Translations under genes and position numbers: made by a program
Notes under the pieces: generated by a model
Seen by the model: the letters and a program-made list of their open reading frames with translations, nothing else
Told to the model about the DNA's origin: nothing
Databases searched by the model: none
NCBI GenBank assembly: GCA_951804945.1
Contig: OX638152.1
Coordinates: 55,366,001-55,430,000 of the forward strand
Length of the DNA: 64,000 bases
Source of the DNA: Podarcis cretensis
Lineage: Eukaryota
Direction: 5' to 3'
Shown: positions 40,425-54,092 of the stretch, in pieces
Numbering within the stretch: position 1 is the first letter of the stretch
Layout of the letters: every line of letters begins with the position of its first letter

Positions 40425-40660
40425 GGGTCCAGTACTAGGTACTGCACTTTAAGAAGGTTGTTAACAAACTGGAACATCTCCAGAGAAGGGTGTCAAAGGC
40501 ATCAAAAAGCTTGGAGATCAAGTCCTTTGAGGAACTAGGTATGTTTATCCTGGAGAAGAAGAGATGACAAAGAGGCAATATAATAACCATCTTCAGGTAT
40601 CTGAAATGTGACAGAAATTTGTTTTCTGTTGCTCCAGAGGAAGCTCAGCTGGGATCCAAT
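40425..40660 (+). mobile_element. Old CR1 LINE ORF2 fragment
   Basis: CACTTTAAGAAGG...AAACTGGAACATCTCCAGAGAAGGG...GAGGAACTAGGTATGTTTATCCTGGAGAAGAAGAGA resembles the CR1 HFKKD.KLE.VQRR...ELG.FSLEKRR region. Confidence 0.7.
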
Positions 40661-41505
40661 CTTAACAAATGAAAAACAACAACCACAAAACCCCACAATC
40701 AAGTCACAGAATCCTTACCCACAAGTTTATTCTGACAACAATTGCTTTGTGATTCAGCATCAGCATTTACATCCAGTTTGGGGGGAAGCGACTATTCGCT
40801 GCTAATGAATCTCATTCTCAGGAGCACAGCAAAATGCTCATTGGTCTCAGCTGGATATGAGAAGAAGGCAGATATGCCTTGTGCTTCTTTAAAGTCAGTC
40901 TAGGAAGTTGCTGGGCTGAGTGGAGAACCATGCCTACCAACTGGATTTGTTTAATAAGAACAATACCAATTATCTCTCAGTGTGTAAAGGTTGCTAATGC
41001 ATATTGCATATGTCTACAGGAGCTTATCTGCTTTCTGTGTACAATGAGAAGAGAAAGTGGTGTGCATTTATTATTTCCCCAGCGTTCTAAAGATGTGGGG
41101 AAAGCAAACTCTTTTTTTTCAAGTCTGAAATACATTTATCTTTGGAAGGATGCTGTTGTGTTTGTTTGTTTCTTGCTATGAAAATCAGTAGAGAAATAAA
41201 ATATAATTTACAGTATTATGATCCGCTATGAATGCATAAGCAGTAATGCAACAGCCAAGCTACGTGTTCAGCAACCCCATGCTTCTACTTGGATTGTACC
41301 ATTTATATGCAGGTGGGACCTCAGCTCTGAATACTTGTTCAGGAAAATCCTCCACATAGAAAAGGAGCTCATTAGGAAGAAAGCTAGGTTAGAATTCATC
41401 TTCTTGACATGCCAGCAGGACATTGGCATGACATTTTGGCCATGGAAGAGTAACTCAAGGGATACAGCTTCCTATCAGCATTTTGAACTGATGTAATCTC
41501 AAGAG

Positions 41506-41870
41506 GGGACGCAGGTGGCGCTGTGGGTAAAAGCCTCAGCGCCTAGGGCTTGCCAATCGAAAGGTCGGCGGTTCGAATCCCTGCGGCGGGGTGCGCTCCC
41601 GTTGCTCAGTACCAGCGCCTGCCAACCTAGCAGTTCGAAAGCACCCCCGGGTGCAAGTAGATAAATAGGGACCGCTTACTGGCGGGAAGGTAAACGGCGT
41701 TTCCGTGTGCTGCGCTGGCTCGCCAGATGCAGCTGTGTCACGCTGGCCACGTGACCCGGAAGTGTCTCCGGACAGCGCTGGCCCTCGGCCTCTTAAGTGA
41801 GATGGGCGCACAACCCTAGAGTCTGTCAAGACTGGCCCGTACGGGCAGGGGTACCTTTACCTTTACCTTT
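41506..41870 (+). mobile_element. Full-length Sauria SINE
   Basis: tRNA-like head with B-box GGTTCGAATCC at 41570-41580, CpG-rich body, (ACCTTT)3 tail; 12-bp TSD TAATCTCAAGAG at 41494-41505 and 41871-41882. Confidence 0.95.
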
Positions 41871-42095
41871 TAATCTCAAGAGAACTGTTCCATGGGGATT
41901 TTCTGAATTTGCACTTACTTATCCTCTCTTAATAAGGAAAAGTAAATATCAGTCCTTCCCTTCTCCCTTTTATTGTCACAACTACTCTCTGAAGTAGGTT
42001 AAGCTGAGAGACTGTGACTGGCCCAAGCCCATCTAATGAGCTTCATGGCTGAGTAGGGATCTGCATTCTGGTCTGTAAGCCCTAGTCCAACTTTC

Positions 42096-42856
42096 CAGAG
42101 GTCACCAACTCAGTGCCTGTCAGCATCATGACACCTGCAAAGGCCTTTGTTGATACCCGCAGGCAGGAGCCCCAGACTCTGAGTGTACATTTTTTTAAAA
42201 GTACCGGTAAGTTGTTATCCCTCCTACAAATAAAGTTACAAAGCAAAATGTGTAGGTAGCTTTCTAAGTAATTTCTGTGAAATGAACCAGCCTGGCTACT
42301 TCTGTCTGTCAGAGTTTTTAGCCAGAGATTATTGAAGTCAGAGCTGTGATGGATAAATGAGTTGTTTTGACACCAAGTGATAGGGTTTCAATTGCTGCTG
42401 TTTTTCCTGCCCCTTTCAAAGCACCTTTCCTGCTCTATTTTTTAATGTTTGGTGTTTTACTAAGTTTTACATATGCTGTAAGCAGCCCAGAGTGACTTGG
42501 GAAACCCAGACAGGTGGGTGGGGTGTAAACAACAAAACAACAACAACTTCGACAGGTTATCTTTTCTCATAAAGAAAAACAGTTATGGTGAGGGGGGAAG
42601 TTTACCAAGATGGTATTTTCTATAATGTGTTATGCAGTGTTTTTTCTAGAAAAAAAGAGGTGCAGGCAGAGCACATGAGAGGTGCTGGGACTGAGTTCTG
42701 GTGAGTTCCAACTGAAAAAAAGCTCTGGTTTTACACCATGCCCCTGATGGCAGCCATTTTGTGTTATGCTACACCCCATGGCACCCATTTTGTGGCTAGA
42801 ATCCCCCCTCAGAAGTCAAAATGTGCCCCCTGGTCCTAAAAAGATGGCAACCCCTG
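42096..42856. mobile_element. Old hAT-like element containing nested insertions, including a short CAGTG...CTCTG MITE at about 42636-42727
   Basis: Termini CAGAGGTCACCAAC / GGCAACCCCTG; TSD not recognisable. Confidence 0.45.
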
Positions 42857-45800
42857 TCTAACCACTTCACCACACTAGCAGGCTTAGCGTAAAAATAGCC
42901 CAGGGAGACAAAAGGAGCCAAGCAGTTATAATATGTGCCCAAACTAAAAGGGCCCATCTCTTGGTTTTTCTAAAAATAGTCCCCTTTCCCTGGGAGCGAA
43001 TCAACTTTTCACACACAGGAGAACTGGGTGAACTGATATATTTGGGAATCATCTTCATTTCATATTGATGCATGGTTTTTTAAAAACCTGCTTAGCCAAT
43101 ACATCTTAAGAGATATCTAGTGCAGCTCAGCAGGGGCACAAATAATTCAAAGCTTCCACAGCTTTATGAATTCTAGATAGGAAATACTAGTATTACTTTT
43201 TAAAAGTTTCTCAGTACTTTGCTTGGGGTCAAGGGACTTGCAAAAAATATATGTGCTGTTTAAATTTGAAGGAACAATGTGTTCAGATTCCCATCCCCAA
43301 CTGAAGGTGTATAAATGTAGAACCTAGTGTTTGCAGTGAGGTTCAGAAAATAGTACCTATTTATGTTTTTGTTGCATTTCTTTTCACCTTTGCCCCACCG
43401 ATTCTCCAGATATTAAGTATCAATCTACATGTTCAGCTAATTTATTCTTAGCTGAAGTTATGGTGGCCTTTCAGGCTGGTAATCTGGTGCTACAATCCCA
43501 AGAAAATGCAATCTGCCACCAGTCTTTGCGTTCTGAAAGACAAAGAGAGAGGGCAGGAAGATAGAGCAGATGGTGTTCTCAGCAAAATGTCATTTGGCAC
43601 ACCTTGGTTGCAGTGTGTGTGTGTGAGAGAGAGAGTGAGTGAGAGAGAGAGAGAGCTCTGCAAACAACATCTGGCAAGCCATTAATAGAACAGCTGACTG
43701 TGATAAATTTCTATTAGCTGCAACTGACTTTAGCATTACATGGTTGACCTGATATTGGGCAATCAAACTCTCAATCTCATTCACATGGAAATTTCAGACA
43801 AGTTCAGGTTGAAGTAGCACTGTAGTTAAATGAGCAACCTTTTGTTTTTAATCTATGCGATCAGTTGTAACAATATTGCTATGCTTGATTGCTTTCCTTC
43901 TGAATTTCTTTAAAAAGGGGGGGGTATTTTTTATACATTTAATCTGGCTAGGATGTATCTGATGGGAACATATGTGGCTTTAATAATGGGTTTTGAGAGG
44001 TCTCTCAGTGGCATTAGCTTAGACTAGAACTTCCACATTCACAGGTAGGCTATCTCTGATGACCAAACATTGGAAAGAAACAAGGGGTGGGGATGACTGA
44101 TTTCCAAACTACCCTGCTTGTTTGTGAATGTGCTGGATGATCTGGACATTTGGTCTGATGATCTAACATGGCAATTCATACAGCCTGAACTTTTTCAGAC
44201 TGGCTCTCATTATTTTAAGCAAAAGATATGTGGGTTCTTCAAAACATCATGACAAACCACAAGGCTGTATCTTGTTCATTTGAATAAGGTTTGTGGCAAC
44301 AGAGTTCTTGCAGCTAGCAAGAAAGATTGGGTCACTGAGCCTGAGGTTAAATTTGGTCATAACCTTCTTATTTACAATCATTAAATGATCATGTGGGATC
44401 AGTGTTGGGGGAGGAAATCTTGATCTCTAGACAGCATGAAAGAAAACACATACCTTCCTGGTCCTTTAAGGGGAGAGAAGCCTGGTATAACCCAACATCT
44501 AGCCAAGTCTTATGATAGTCCTTCTGATGCCAGTTAAAAAAAAAATTATTATAGGCCTTTTAAAGCTGACCCTTTGATACAATGGTTGTTCAATGCTAGT
44601 ATTATTTGAGTTTTCTTTCTGTTTCATATTGATTTCTTTATTGCTGTTTTTTTTAGAATTGTATTTTATAGTTTAATCCTTTTTATTGTGCTGTACGTTG
44701 TCCAGAGAACATTAATTGTTGGATGACTAAGGCATACAATAAATAAATAGCCAGGCATTTCAAAATCATGATGGCTGAGAGCAGCCTGAACCATCCCAAT
44801 ATCTTTTCCCCAAAGGTTCATGATGATCAGGAGCTGTTCTTGGCCATCATGAGACTACTTTACCTTTCGCCAGCCTGTTCCTGCCTCCAAAGAAAGTGAG
44901 TGGACAGGGCCACCTCTCCCTGCCCTGGAATCCTCTCCTGCCCAGCAGGTTTTGATATGGGCTCCATGGTCCACTGTTCCTTAAGGTCAGCTAATGTTTA
45001 GAGACTCAGCTCCTGAGTTGAAGTTTCATTTCCCCAGAGAGGCGTATGTCTGTGTATGGAAAATACCAAACCCAGTGTGATCTCTTTTGGGTCCTGTTGA
45101 TAGGTTTGCCAGAAGCAACCTGGAGATTTACTCTGTCCCTTTAAAATTAACAATTATGCAGGAGATGACTTTCATCCTGTCTGTACAACTAATGAGAAAG
45201 ACAGAGATAGAAAACAGACAAAAAGGACCAGCGAAATATTGGGCCTAAGATAGCTTAAAGGGACAGAGTGAATCTCTAGGTTGCACCTTGGCAGTCTATC
45301 CTACACCTGAGATACCACCTATATCCTTACATTGTATTACAGCTTCCATGATAAGTTCATAGTACTTTTAAAGTGTTTGCCATGGGTCCAGTATTAATCC
45401 TGCTATGTGCAAAATGCATAAACTCTAATCTTATGGCATTTACTGACTTCTTGTTGACTTGACTATAAATGATTCTCTGGAAACTCTCCAGCAAAAATTT
45501 CCTTTCATTTTTTTCAGTGTCAGTTAATAAAGTGCTGAAGGATCTATGGAAAATACTTACACAAAATGCTAGTCCATTTCAATCTACAGCAACGAGATTT
45601 TGGAACAGCAAGCCTTTAACTGTAGATTAGTCATGGCAGAGGCTACACTTGTGAATTGTACACTGCAGAACCTGACATCATGTTTAAATAAGACACACAC
45701 AAAATGAACTTGAGAAGTTCTGAACCTCATAATAAATACTCAGCATTTCTGTAAGGGCTGAGATTGATGGTGGGGCTTGTGTAGGTTCCCCTAGTAAGGC

Positions 45801-48761
45801 CATGGTTTATGCAAGGAACACTCATTTCATAAACAGTATTATAAACATAGATGAAAAATACTTCAGATCATTGTTTTCACAGAACACAAATACACAATCA
45901 AAATCAGCAGACATCTTATTGCTTTTATTGGAAAGCACAGCCAATTTACCTTACAAAGAGTAGACCTGTTCAAGCACAACCTCCCCCACCCAGATGCCCT
46001 TCATATACTTTGGACTACAACTTCCATCAGCCCCAGCCATCATTGTAGTCCATCTGGAGGGCTCCAGGTTGGGGAAGGTTGTGCCAAAGGTTCTTGAACA
46101 TATGTACCCTTTGTAAGGTAAATGTACTGTGGAGATACAATGGTGGCAAACTCCCTCCTTTTTAGTTGCCCAAAACCATGCCAAATAGTAAAGGGAAAAA
46201 TGTGTCTGGTTCTGGTTTTCCTGATTAGTCTCATATGATAATGAGGCAAGCTTTTCTGTCACTTCTAAGCATCATAATTTTTGATGCCATGCTTACAGTG
46301 AACAGTTGTTCACACCCTTTTGCTACAAGTAACCTGGCAACTGCTAACATAAATCCAACCAGTATGCTTGAGACTATCCGTTTAGACAAGAATTAAACTG
46401 GGAAACTTTCTGTTCAGAAAAGATATCATTTTGGTAATGAAGTAACTGACTTCCTTTCCCAAGCAACATAATGATATTTTAGTAAAATGACCAGATGCAG
46501 ACTGGACAGGTGTTCTGTACCTTTAATATTATGATAGAAGAGGGCAAATCAACTGGAGCAGCTTTTCACCTCTTTGCATGACAAATTGGCAAGAATCCCC
46601 TCTTCTACTGAAATGGCAAATGTGTGAAAGCCTTGTCTGCTTTTGCACCTGCCATCCTGGTTTTTAATGTATTCATGAACCAGACAGTATAGGAAAATCC
46701 AAAGCAGAAAAAGACTGGATCACCCACACCATTTTATTAAATGATTTTTTTTTTAAAAAAATGCTTTTTACTAGATTTGAACATTCAGTAACTTTGTAGT
46801 GAAAGAAATCATAATTCATTTTTATACCCTACTGGTTTCTTTACTGTCCTTTGAATAATGGACTAAAACTGAACATTTCTCTTTATATGTTTGTACCTAC
46901 TTTTGGTCTTTACAGCATGCTTGATATAAAAAGAGACAGAATAAATGTGACACACATGCCCTCTCTCGCTCTCTTTCCTTTGGTAATCTCATTAATCAAG
47001 GTCTAAACGTTACTTCCATGCTTCAGAAAGCTTTTCTACAAAAAATACCATTCATTTGGTTTCTGTTCCCTGATATACCTTTTTGGCTGCTAAGGAGTTA
47101 AACTGTTCTGCTCAAATGCTTAAAAACAACAAACAAAACCTGAGCAACTATTGGTAAGGCACCTTTGTGCCTTAATAGATAAGCAAAACTGTGAAAGGTT
47201 CTTAAATCTCTGTTATACACACTTTTAATCACAGGCAGAGAACAGCTTGCAGGAGAAAATGAGCAATAACTTAAGGGGAGATTCAACTGAGGTGAAACCT
47301 GGGATTCTATTTTGTTTTTGTTTCTCCAAGTGTGCCATAAAGTCTTGTCTGGAATTAGGACTTAGAATTGTTAGGTTCGCAATTTTATTTTTGTATGCTG
47401 TATGAATTCTGTCAGCCTTCCTTTCAGATCAGATATTTAGCAGCTTCATGGACTGAGATGAACAGTCAGCAGTGAAATGATTTCATCATGCCTAAAATAA
47501 ACATGAACATTCCAGAGTAGAGAACATTAACAGGGTTCTATAGCAACAAAGATGAAAGATTTGCAAAAAGAAAGGGTTAAAATCAAGATGAAACGGTTCT
47601 TCAAAATGAAATTATTAAATTAACTTTTTAAAAGGGTGGCTGTGCTAAAAGCCCTCTGGTAAAGAATTATTCAGTGCTTTTGAACTGAGACAGCTCTACA
47701 CTACAAACCTACATTGGTTGAATAGAAGTATAGTTGTCATGGTTTCCCCCAAAGAGTCCTAGAAATTGCAGCAATGTGACCGACTGAGAAGAGGCCATCT
47801 TGCATGGGCTCTTGGAGAGAACCAATACCTACTGTATCCATTTTACCTTGTAGCATGCCCCCCCTTTCCCCCTAGTGGCAAAACCCAATGGCTTTTCTTC
47901 TATAGCTAGGACAAGGACACATTAAGAACTGCTCTCTCTTGTGTGAACCTGCTCTGAGTGTTAAGGTCAGCTTCAGAAGCTTTGATCTATTGCCCTGTTG
48001 CCATTAAATACATGTCTGGTGGATATGAGAGGCATGGCCTCCTCCATGATGGCACAAAGATTATGGAACATCCTCCCTGGCAAATCTGCCTGGCATTTTC
48101 TACTTGCATTTGGACATATATTTATTTGTTTCAGCAGGTTCGCGATTTCTGTTTGCTGTGCTGTATGAATGGTACAATCTGAATGCTGTTGCTACAAAGT
48201 TTTGTTTTTTAAAGGATGATTTGTATTGATTTTAATATTCATGCTGTTTTAACTGGTTGCAAGCCACTTTGATTATAATATTTAGAGAGGTGAAACAAAT
48301 GATTTCTGTCCCTCTTTTGATGGGCTTCAGGCCAATCATAACTGGACAAATGAAAGGTTTTCATTCAGTGAAGGATATCAGTGCCTGCTTTTCCGGTCAG
48401 TGCATTTTTATGTCATATTATTATCTACCGTGCTTCTTCTGTTACACAGTTAAAGGTACTTCGCTGCAGAAAAATAAACTAAAACAAAACATTCTACTGA
48501 AAGCAGAGTATAAGGCAGATTTATTCAAAGAGCAGAGCACAGTTTGAAGAGGAATAATTGCATGAGTGAAAGGGAACAACAAGAATCCCAGTAAGATTTA
48601 GGGGGCAGCAGATAAACTTAGAGTTCACAAATGATTTCTGAAAATCAGCATGGAACTCTGGGAACTATCCATGAAACTGACAGTAGCTGATGGTGGGGTA
48701 CCACTCATCTTACCTCCCAGCAGCTAAGGCACTGCTGCTTACATGCTGGTGTGGTTAATAC

Positions 48762-49604
48762 TGTTGTGAGTTTGGGGTATGTGTGTTAAGTTGTATGCCA
48801 GAAACATTTTAACACTCGCCTCGATCCAGCAAGTGTTAAAAGCTAATCAAGCCCTAATTCCTGGAATAGCCAACATAGCTTCCTGGTGAAGTGAAGGGGT
48901 GTTAGGGATTTGGTGAGAGGTGGCAAATGGCTGTGGTCCCTTCCCTCAATAAACAAAGCCAGGGTGGAGAGCAGAGTTTGCTGTGATGTGGGCCAGATGT
49001 AAAGCAGCAAGCTGGGAGAAGACAGAGAGACAGAACCGTTATGTATTCAGTGGCCTGTGTTTGCCTGAGCTTGAGTCTGAACTAAGGATTCTGAGCCACT
49101 GTGTTCTGATTAGATACATGATATCCAATCACAGAATATTTCAGGATTTGGGCCTCTGCCATTGGCCCTTAAACTCTGAGTTATGATTCGCAGCTTGGAA
49201 GTTTAGACAGCCAATCATGTTGAGAGTGGGAGTGGCCCAGGCCTTTAGAAATGTATATAAGCAGTTACTTTGCCCCTGTTGTCTAGTTCTGTTAATTCAA
49301 TAAAGGTTCTTGCTGTTATCACTGTGTCTTGTCTTGTGGACACCCACCAATACTTCGAGAATAATGTTCAATGTCTGTTTAAATCCAAGGCTGCGACTAT
49401 GGGAGAAACAAGACTCTTTGGGGATGTTAAGGCTGTGAACCCCTCCACCATAGGCTCAGGTTGTATCTATGTGTAAATAAACCATAGATCATAAAGACAC
49501 TACAGTCTTTGCTGTGCCTATTTGCAAAGGAAACACAAACCCTGGGTGAGCATCTGGAACCTCTGGAATATCACACTGCTTGGAGATTGGGGTGATGTGC
49601 AACA
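48762..49604 (+). mobile_element. Solo LTR (Gypsy-like) interrupted by a nested LTR-like insert
   Basis: TGTTG...CAACA termini; 4-bp TSD ATAC at 48758-48761 and 49605-49608; colinear with 26549-27059 except for about 330 extra bp. Confidence 0.85.
49037..49364 (+). mobile_element. Nested LTR-like insert
   Basis: Absent from the sister LTR; has its own TATATAA (~49254) and AATAAA (~49299); termini CGTTAT...ATAA resemble decayed TGTTAT...ATAACA. Confidence 0.6.
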
Positions 49605-49781
49605 ATACTGTGGTTTATACTGTGGGAGCAAAGGCAGAGTGAGCAGGCTAAGAACTAGCTGAAGGCTGGAGATATTCTAGAGTGCATCCCTCTGGGGATC
49701 TGATGCAATGCAGCAGATTGGCTGCCTGGTAGGAGTGTGAATGCTGCTTGCCTCTACTTATGCTCACTTATGCTCCAGTTG

Positions 49782-49993
49782 CAGTGGTGCTGACTTTGGC
49801 CCCAGACTGTGGGTGTCTAGCGCATGCACGCCACACCACACTGTCATGATGTTGTGACGTGACGTAATGGCGGTGCAATGCGGGGTGCACGCTCCAGTGG
49901 CAGCAGTGGTGGGGGTAGGGGCCGGGCACCCATAGCAAAAAAATAATTTGTGGGTGCCCGGGCTCCCAGAGACCCCTGGAGTTGGTGCCACTG
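49782..49993. mobile_element. hAT-type MITE
   Basis: CAGTGGTGCTGACT / AGTTGGTGCCACTG; degenerate TSD TCCAGTTG / TGTAGTTG. Confidence 0.7.
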
Positions 49994-51387
49994 TGTAGTT
50001 GTTTATCTGTAAGTGAACCAGATATTGAAAACATGTCTTTGGGCAACTGGGGAGCACATACCACTATAAGAGTAAGGCCACTTGCTTCAGAAGCTGTATA
50101 TTTAAAAAATGCAGAAAATCAAGAGATTGCAAGGACAGAAAAGAACCAGAATTGGGGCATATTTATAGGCAGATGATCTTGCTGTGCCTTTTGAATATGC
50201 CTCAATGGAAAATTAGTTTAGGGACTGGGTGTGATACATTCAGTCTGTGGAGGTTGGTAATGCAATATTATTGATGCTGTTAAAAACTTGAGCTCCGGCG
50301 ATGTAGCCTTATAAGGAAAACTTTGACTTCCCCAAACAATATTATCTAGCCTTCTCTGCTCTTCTCCATTATTGTTCTTCTCTATAAACATTTCCTGATC
50401 ATAACTGTGGTATTATTAATCTTATAACTGCACATCTCATGCCTACTGATGTGGCAGGGTGGGGGAACTGAACTACTAAAAAGTGGCTTTTGCTAAGCAC
50501 TTTAATCTGCAAACCTTCCCATTGACTTGTGTGCACCAAGGACTTGAGATATTGGGTATTAAATCAGAATTTAATATCTTTCCAGGTCTTATGGGGATTT
50601 CATGCTTTATCCTGAGCATTTGTCAGGTGTTACTCTTCACCTGCTCTGACGTGTGCCATAAAATTGCAAAGAAACCTGGGCAGTTTCTTTCTACTCTCAG
50701 TTCTCTTAGGTCATAGAGGTGGAGCTAGAAATGCTTTGTGTGGTCAGTTTACAGTGTAATCAACACAATATGGCAAGCAAGGTGAATGTCACTGATGCAT
50801 AAAGTGATGAGCAATGGAACCCTCTTTTCTGCAAGCATCACTTTGAAAGCATAAAAACAAAATACTCCCTCCCCCAACTTCTGTGGTTTGTATTCCCCTA
50901 CTGTGCAACTCCCGGGCTAGAGTGTTCATCCAGGAAAATTTGTTTTTAGAAAAGAGTAGCAAGGTTACACATCACCCTGTTCCCTGTCATTTTATGGATC
51001 TTTTCTTTTCAAAAAAAGCTCTTTGGAGATTTTCCCTCCCCCCCCCCCGCTAAGCTGCATATCTAGCAAGTTTTATAAGAACATAAGAAACCTACAGCAT
51101 GTGAAGTACTAGCTTTTGTCTGCTCTGAACCTTCCACGGTTCAGCATCATTAGATGGAGAAGTGGACAAAAATGTCGATCTCCCAACATCAAGGTTATGT
51201 CACCTCCTTCTTAACCTGTGCAGTCAGGCCTCTATAATATGGTACCTCATGCTGTAGGGCAAGTAACAAATTATTATTATTGATAATAAGGGCATGTGGG
51301 TGAATAAAATGTAATCAGGGAATGCTTTGTTTGATCATGTGGAAAAGCTTAAATAAGTGTTCCTGTCTAGCAAGTGCCTTCTTTTTA

Positions 51388-51627
51388 CAGTGGAACCTCA
51401 GTTCCTGAATGCCTTGGGAGTCGAACGTTCTGGCTACCAAATGAATGGAAACCGGAAGTAATTGTTCCAGTTTTCTAACGTTCTTTGGAAGCCGAACGCC
51501 TGGCGCAGCTTCCGTGGCTTCTGATTGGCTGCTGCAGCCAATCAGAAGCTGTGCCTTGGTTCCCAAACTGTTTCGGGAATCGAACAGACTCCTGGAATGG
51601 AAAAGTTCAGGAACCAAGGTTGCACTC
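51388..51627. mobile_element. Tc1/mariner-type MITE
   Basis: TA|CAGTGGAACCTCAGTTCCTGAA...TTCAGGAACCAAGGTTGCACTC|TA. Confidence 0.8.
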
Positions 51628-54092
51628 TACTTATGAAATATAATGGTTTCAAATTAACACTGCTGGTCAGCTGTCAATCTGGAATCTCCTGCTTTCACAG
51701 TGTATTTTTGCATATTTGGTCCTGTGTGTCTAAGTGTTTTCTACTGAAGTGTTGCTTTAAATAAAGTTATGGCCCATTCAAGAATGGATGGGGGTGGGGT
51801 GGGGTTGCTCTGCTCACCTGACCTGTATATGACTGAGTAGCTGCAGGATGCCAGGAGGGTTGTGGTGGAGGCGAGGTTAGCATGTTGTAAATGTGCTGGC
51901 AGGACACGGGATTGGCTCTGCTGGTGTGTTTGCACCTTGCTGACCTGACTGCCATGCTCTTTCCCCTCTCTATTCCAGCAGTGCAGTGATTCAGCAAGAT
52001 GGAGGTGAGGTGAGTGGCACAACTCCAGCCCTCCATTTGCTGCTGGACATGTTCCTTCAGTCTGGGCATCTTTCTCTTTGTAGAAACTAAAAAAAACTAT
52101 AAGCTGGTTTAACTCCTGAAATTAAATGACAATACTTTATTGCTTGTACTACTTGTGATTCAGGGTACATTATAAAAGCAAACTGCAGTTTAAAATAATA
52201 AATGGAATGGACAGTTTGGTCACAACATTGATTTTCATCTTACAGAGATTAATACCTTGTGCAGACATATTGCAGTAAAGCCAAAAGAGATTTTTCACTC
52301 ATTTCAGGAGAAAAACGATTATAATGTAACACTCTGCAGGTGAATTAATTTATGGCAGCCAACAATGATTCTATGCTTCCTATTGAGACAAGTTCAGGAA
52401 GAACGCAATCTCATATTCTCTCCACACTTAAGCAAACATTTTCTGGCCCAAAGGAGTGAAAAGCTGAACTAAGGTGTTCAAAACAAAGGAAGCCAGGTGC
52501 TTTGTCAAGCCCCTTAAAGGCCACAAAATATGCCAGACAATCTCTTTATGGTTTGGTGACTATGGCTTTGTCAGGCTCCATTAAGAGTATTCATTCTTCT
52601 GCAGTTTTGAATGTTTGCAACTATGCCCACAGGCATCAATACATTTTGATCCTTAAAAATACCCCAACACTTCAGCAGAATATAACTTGGTTCAGTAATA
52701 GACTGCATTATATGGGTTGATCTGTTAGGGGCATAATGGACACATTTTTTTTTTTTTTACCCTTAGTACATGGATGGAGACATAAATAGAGTGATCTGCG
52801 TATTTTCAGATGTATGGTTCTTTGTAACACTCCCCCTCTCCTGCCGTCCGTTGCATTTATTCTAAATGCTGCTATAGATGAAGGGGAGAATCTCCCAGAC
52901 AGTGTTCCTGCTGAATGTCAAAAAGTAGAATTCACCTAGACTTTATAAATATTTCCTGCAATTCTGTCCAAATTGGCTTCCAAAGTGATCTCCCCCCTTC
53001 CCCATATATTTAATACCAGGCAAGATTGTTGAGCTCTCAAAGGAATATTTGCATTACATTAGCATTCCAGATGAGCCTCTTGTACGATTACAAAAATGAG
53101 TGAATACAAGTATTCCCTTAGGTAGGTTTGCTAATGCAGATCAATTTATGGATATTAACCTGGATCCTGGCCAGATTTCTTTTTTTAAGAGTAAATTCCA
53201 TGTTCTTGATTGTAAAACAAGCACTTTGTATTATCTCAGTCCTATCAGCAACAAATGACTATGTTTCCCAATAACTTCTATTTCAGGGAAAGCAGGGTGC
53301 AGGCCTGGGGGGCGAGTGTCAAATGCAGCCCTCCGGACTTTTTAAATCTGACCTGTGGGACACTCCTGAGATTACACACTTCACAGCCATGACCCGTCTT
53401 GCCAGGCCTTGCTCTTTACTGGTCCTGCTCCCACTTTGAGTATTTTTGACTGGTTGAAATGTGTCCTTGAATTCAGGTAATGCTTCTTGCTTGCCTGGAT
53501 AGACAGGGTATGTGCAGAAACTAGCCTACTGTACAAAGGTAAAATTCACATTAGTTGCTTTGCCCAGTGTTACTTCTCCTTGGAAAGCTTGCTGAACAGG
53601 AAATGTGTTCCTCTTCCTAAAAAATGTTCCCTTTCCCCTGATCTATTTGATGGGTTTGCAATTGAGTGTATGTAAAGCAAAGTTTTTAAAGATGGCTGTG
53701 TCTGCTTTTCAGGTGTGCATGGTTTTACATTATATTATTTATTTCATATTCATTAAAAAGGTATCTGGGCTGCTTTTCAGCTAACACTTCTGGGTATCAA
53801 GCAATACATTTTTTTAAAAATCCAGCAAATCAGTGTCAAGCTCATTGAAATTCATGCAACAGTACAAACAACAGCTAAAATCAGAAGTAGAACCAGCAAT
53901 AAAACCAGAAACTGCAGAAATTAAATTATCCACTTAAAAGCTCAGGAGACTAAAACTGTCCTCCTTTGGTGCCAAACAGGCAGCAAATTTGGTGGCAGCC
54001 AAGTGTCTATGCAATAGTGCTCCCCCCAACTCATGAAATCATGTGAAATAAAAAAAGGAAAGAAAACAACCATATAGTGAAGCTGATCTGTA

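Noticed and set aside
47395-47430. CTGACAGAATTCATA on the minus strand, resembling the LTESM codons of the first KCNJ6 coding exon
   Set aside because: Translates GRLTEFIQ, with no start codon and no GT donor at the required position.
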